Shown: piece after piece, positions 58,477-59,923 of the stretch
How positions within the stretch are numbered: position 1 is the stretch's first letter
Layout: each line of letters opens with the position of its first letter
From: an uncultured Syntrophaceae bacterium
GTDB taxonomy: Bacteria > Desulfobacterota > Syntrophia > Syntrophales > UBA4778
Assembly (NCBI GenBank): GCA_964597995.1
Contig: CAZRAC010000003.1
Location: 1 to 59,923 of the forward strand
Direction of reading: 5' to 3'
DNA length: 59,923 nucleotides
Made by a program: the position numbers and the translations under genes
The notes under the pieces: generated by a model
The model's database searches: none
The model's input: the letters and a program-made list of their open reading frames with translations, nothing else
What the model was told of the DNA's origin: nothing

Positions 58477-58941
58477 ATGTTCTTGCATAGAAAGAAAAAT
58501 CGGGGGTTTACGCTGATCGAGCTCATGGTCGTCCTGGCGATCTTGGGCATCATGGCGGCGATCGTCGTGCCCAATTTCAAGCAATACCTTCTTCAGAGAA
58601 GACTTAACGGTGCCGCCAGGCAGATCATGTCGGACCTGATGTCGGCAAGGATGAAGGCGATAACCCAGAACAGGAAGGTGAAGGTATTCTTTTCCGGCAG
58701 CAACCACCAGTATACCGTATGCGACGACGCCAACGGTGACGGGACCGTGGGAAGCGGCGAAGGAACCGTTCAGGTTAGGGATATCCAGTATGATTATCCC
58801 GGAGTGACCTACACGGCGACGGCGAACCCGATCTTCAACAAGAACGGGACGGCTGCCGTCATGGCGACGGTCACGGTGAGCAATCCGAGTGGAAGCAAGA
58901 ATGTAAGCGTCGCGATAACGGGGCGGGTGTCGATCCAGTAA
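58477..58941 (+). CDS. FimT/GspH-like minor pilin
   Basis: Class III signal RG|FTLIELMVVLAILGI; ARMKAI motif. Confidence 0.88.
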   Translation: MFLHRKKNRGFTLIELMVVLAILGIMAAIVVPNFKQYLLQRRLNGAARQIMSDLMSARMKAITQNRKVKVFFSGSNHQYTVCDDANGDGTVGSGEGTVQVRDIQYDYPGVTYTATANPIFNKNGTAAVMATVTVSNPSGSKNVSVAITGRVSIQ

Positions 58942-58958
58942 GCGAAGGGGCTGTGTCC

Positions 58959-59420
58959 ATGCGTTTGTGTGCTATGGTGGGTGGACCTGAAAAATTAAAT
59001 TTTAGTCCCCTGACCGTTCGCCCGGGACGCCGAGGGTGTCGCCAGGGCTCTTGCGGCGGGTTCACGATACTGGAAGTCCTTGTCGCTATCTTTATTTTCG
59101 TCGTCGCGCTGCTGGGTCTCGTCTCGGTGACAACGAGTGTCATACACGGAAACGCATACAGCAAGCAGGTGACGACAGCGACCAATTTGGCACAGGACCT
59201 GATGGAAGACCTGAAGAGGAAGGGGTACGACCATTCCGATGTGTCCGCCGGCACGCACAATGACCCGGGCGATCCCCTTTCAGGGATTTATACGAGAACA
59301 TGGAGTGTGGTGGATAATAACCCGGTCACAAACATCAAAACGCTGACCGTTACGGTCGCGTGGAGCTGGCGCGGTGCGGCGCGGAACGTGCAACTGGTCA
59401 CATACATCACTAAAAATTGA
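58959..59420 (+). CDS. PilV-like minor pilin
   Basis: GG|FTILEVLVAIFIFVVALLG; start codon uncertain (long leader). Confidence 0.8.
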   Translation: MRLCAMVGGPEKLNFSPLTVRPGRRGCRQGSCGGFTILEVLVAIFIFVVALLGLVSVTTSVIHGNAYSKQVTTATNLAQDLMEDLKRKGYDHSDVSAGTHNDPGDPLSGIYTRTWSVVDNNPVTNIKTLTVTVAWSWRGAARNVQLVTYITKN

Positions 59421-59429
59421 GCTGGTAAC

Positions 59430-59923
59430 ATGATGCGGACTGTCATAAAAGCCGATTCCTGTAAGAGCGAGAAGGGCTATTCGATCGTTGAATTGCTCGT
59501 GGCGCTGGGGATGGGGATGGTCGCGCTTGCCGCTTTTTACAGCGTCTTTTCCGTTCAGAGCAGGAGGTTGAGTGTTGAGGAGCAGATTGTCGAGATGCAG
59601 CAGAATGTCAGGAACGGCATGGACGTGATGATCGCGGAGGTACGGATGGCGGGATACGACCCCACCGGCGCCGGTAATTTTGACGGCATCACGTGCGATA
59701 CCACTCAACTTCGGGTGAAGTTGGACCTGGACGGCGATGGCTCCGTCACGGGGGCTAACGAGGATGTTATTTACAAATACGACAGTGCGAACCTGCGCAT
59801 TACGAGAAACACGGGGGGCGGGGCACAGCCCTTCATGGAGAACATCCAGGCCTTTTCTTTTCAGTATCTGGACTCGAACGGCAACGTGACGACCGACCCC
59901 GCGCAGGTGCGTCAGGTCAAGAT
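59430..59923 (+). CDS. PilW-like minor pilin, truncated by the window end
   Basis: MMRTVIKADSCKSEKG|YSIVELLVALGMG..MQQNVRNGMDVMIAEVRMAGY; open to the end of the window and absent from the ORF track. Confidence 0.85.
   Translation, partial: MMRTVIKADSCKSEKGYSIVELLVALGMGMVALAAFYSVFSVQSRRLSVEEQIVEMQQNVRNGMDVMIAEVRMAGYDPTGAGNFDGITCDTTQLRVKLDLDGDGSVTGANEDVIYKYDSANLRITRNTGGGAQPFMENIQAFSFQYLDSNGNVTTDPAQVRQVK

Noticed and set aside
57768-58490. 240-aa same-strand alternative frame over pilD
   Set aside because: Arg/Pro-rich frame typical of GC-rich shifted frames; pilD explains the region.

Overview
This is core-chromosome DNA from an anaerobic bacterium that looks like a Desulfobacterota/Syntrophales-type syntroph (inferred from gene content). 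I saw no CRISPR array, prophage or transposase. Contents in order: the tail of a group 3d NiFe hydrogenase operon (long HoxU-like subunit, hoxY, hoxH, maturation protease, stand-alone cNMP-binding protein); cell-wall hydrolases; hisC; metF; the yqeY-dnaG-rpoD-tRNA(CAU)-zinc ribbon-rnhA-rnpB block; ppsA; a two-component locus; a reshuffled hdrL/flx electron-bifurcation operon divergent from nfnAB; a CoA-transferase; atpZ-atpI-atpB without the rest of the atp operon; gmd/fcl/wbpO; hemL/ahbB; ribD; rmlA/C; and a pilD-minor pilin cluster cut by the window end. Best candidate for a new system: two dispersed, paralogous ATP synthase c-subunit genes. One (51143-51520) is monocistronic behind a TTGACA sigma70-type promoter. 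The other (24211-24585) sits behind a near-consensus sigma54 promoter with upstream inverted repeats, is probably co-transcribed with a Cache-domain sensor that has no output domain, and lies divergent from a small membrane protein, a Cache/PAS histidine kinase and a sigma54 activator. This suggests signal-controlled remodelling of the c-ring (inference). Other notable points: RpoD has a heavily altered region 4.2 (-35 recognition helix), the RNase P RNA has a branched P12 expansion, a ~150-170 nt structured intergenic element follows atpB, and 7-bp-periodic degenerate repeats recur in intergenic spacers, mostly just 3' of stop codons.
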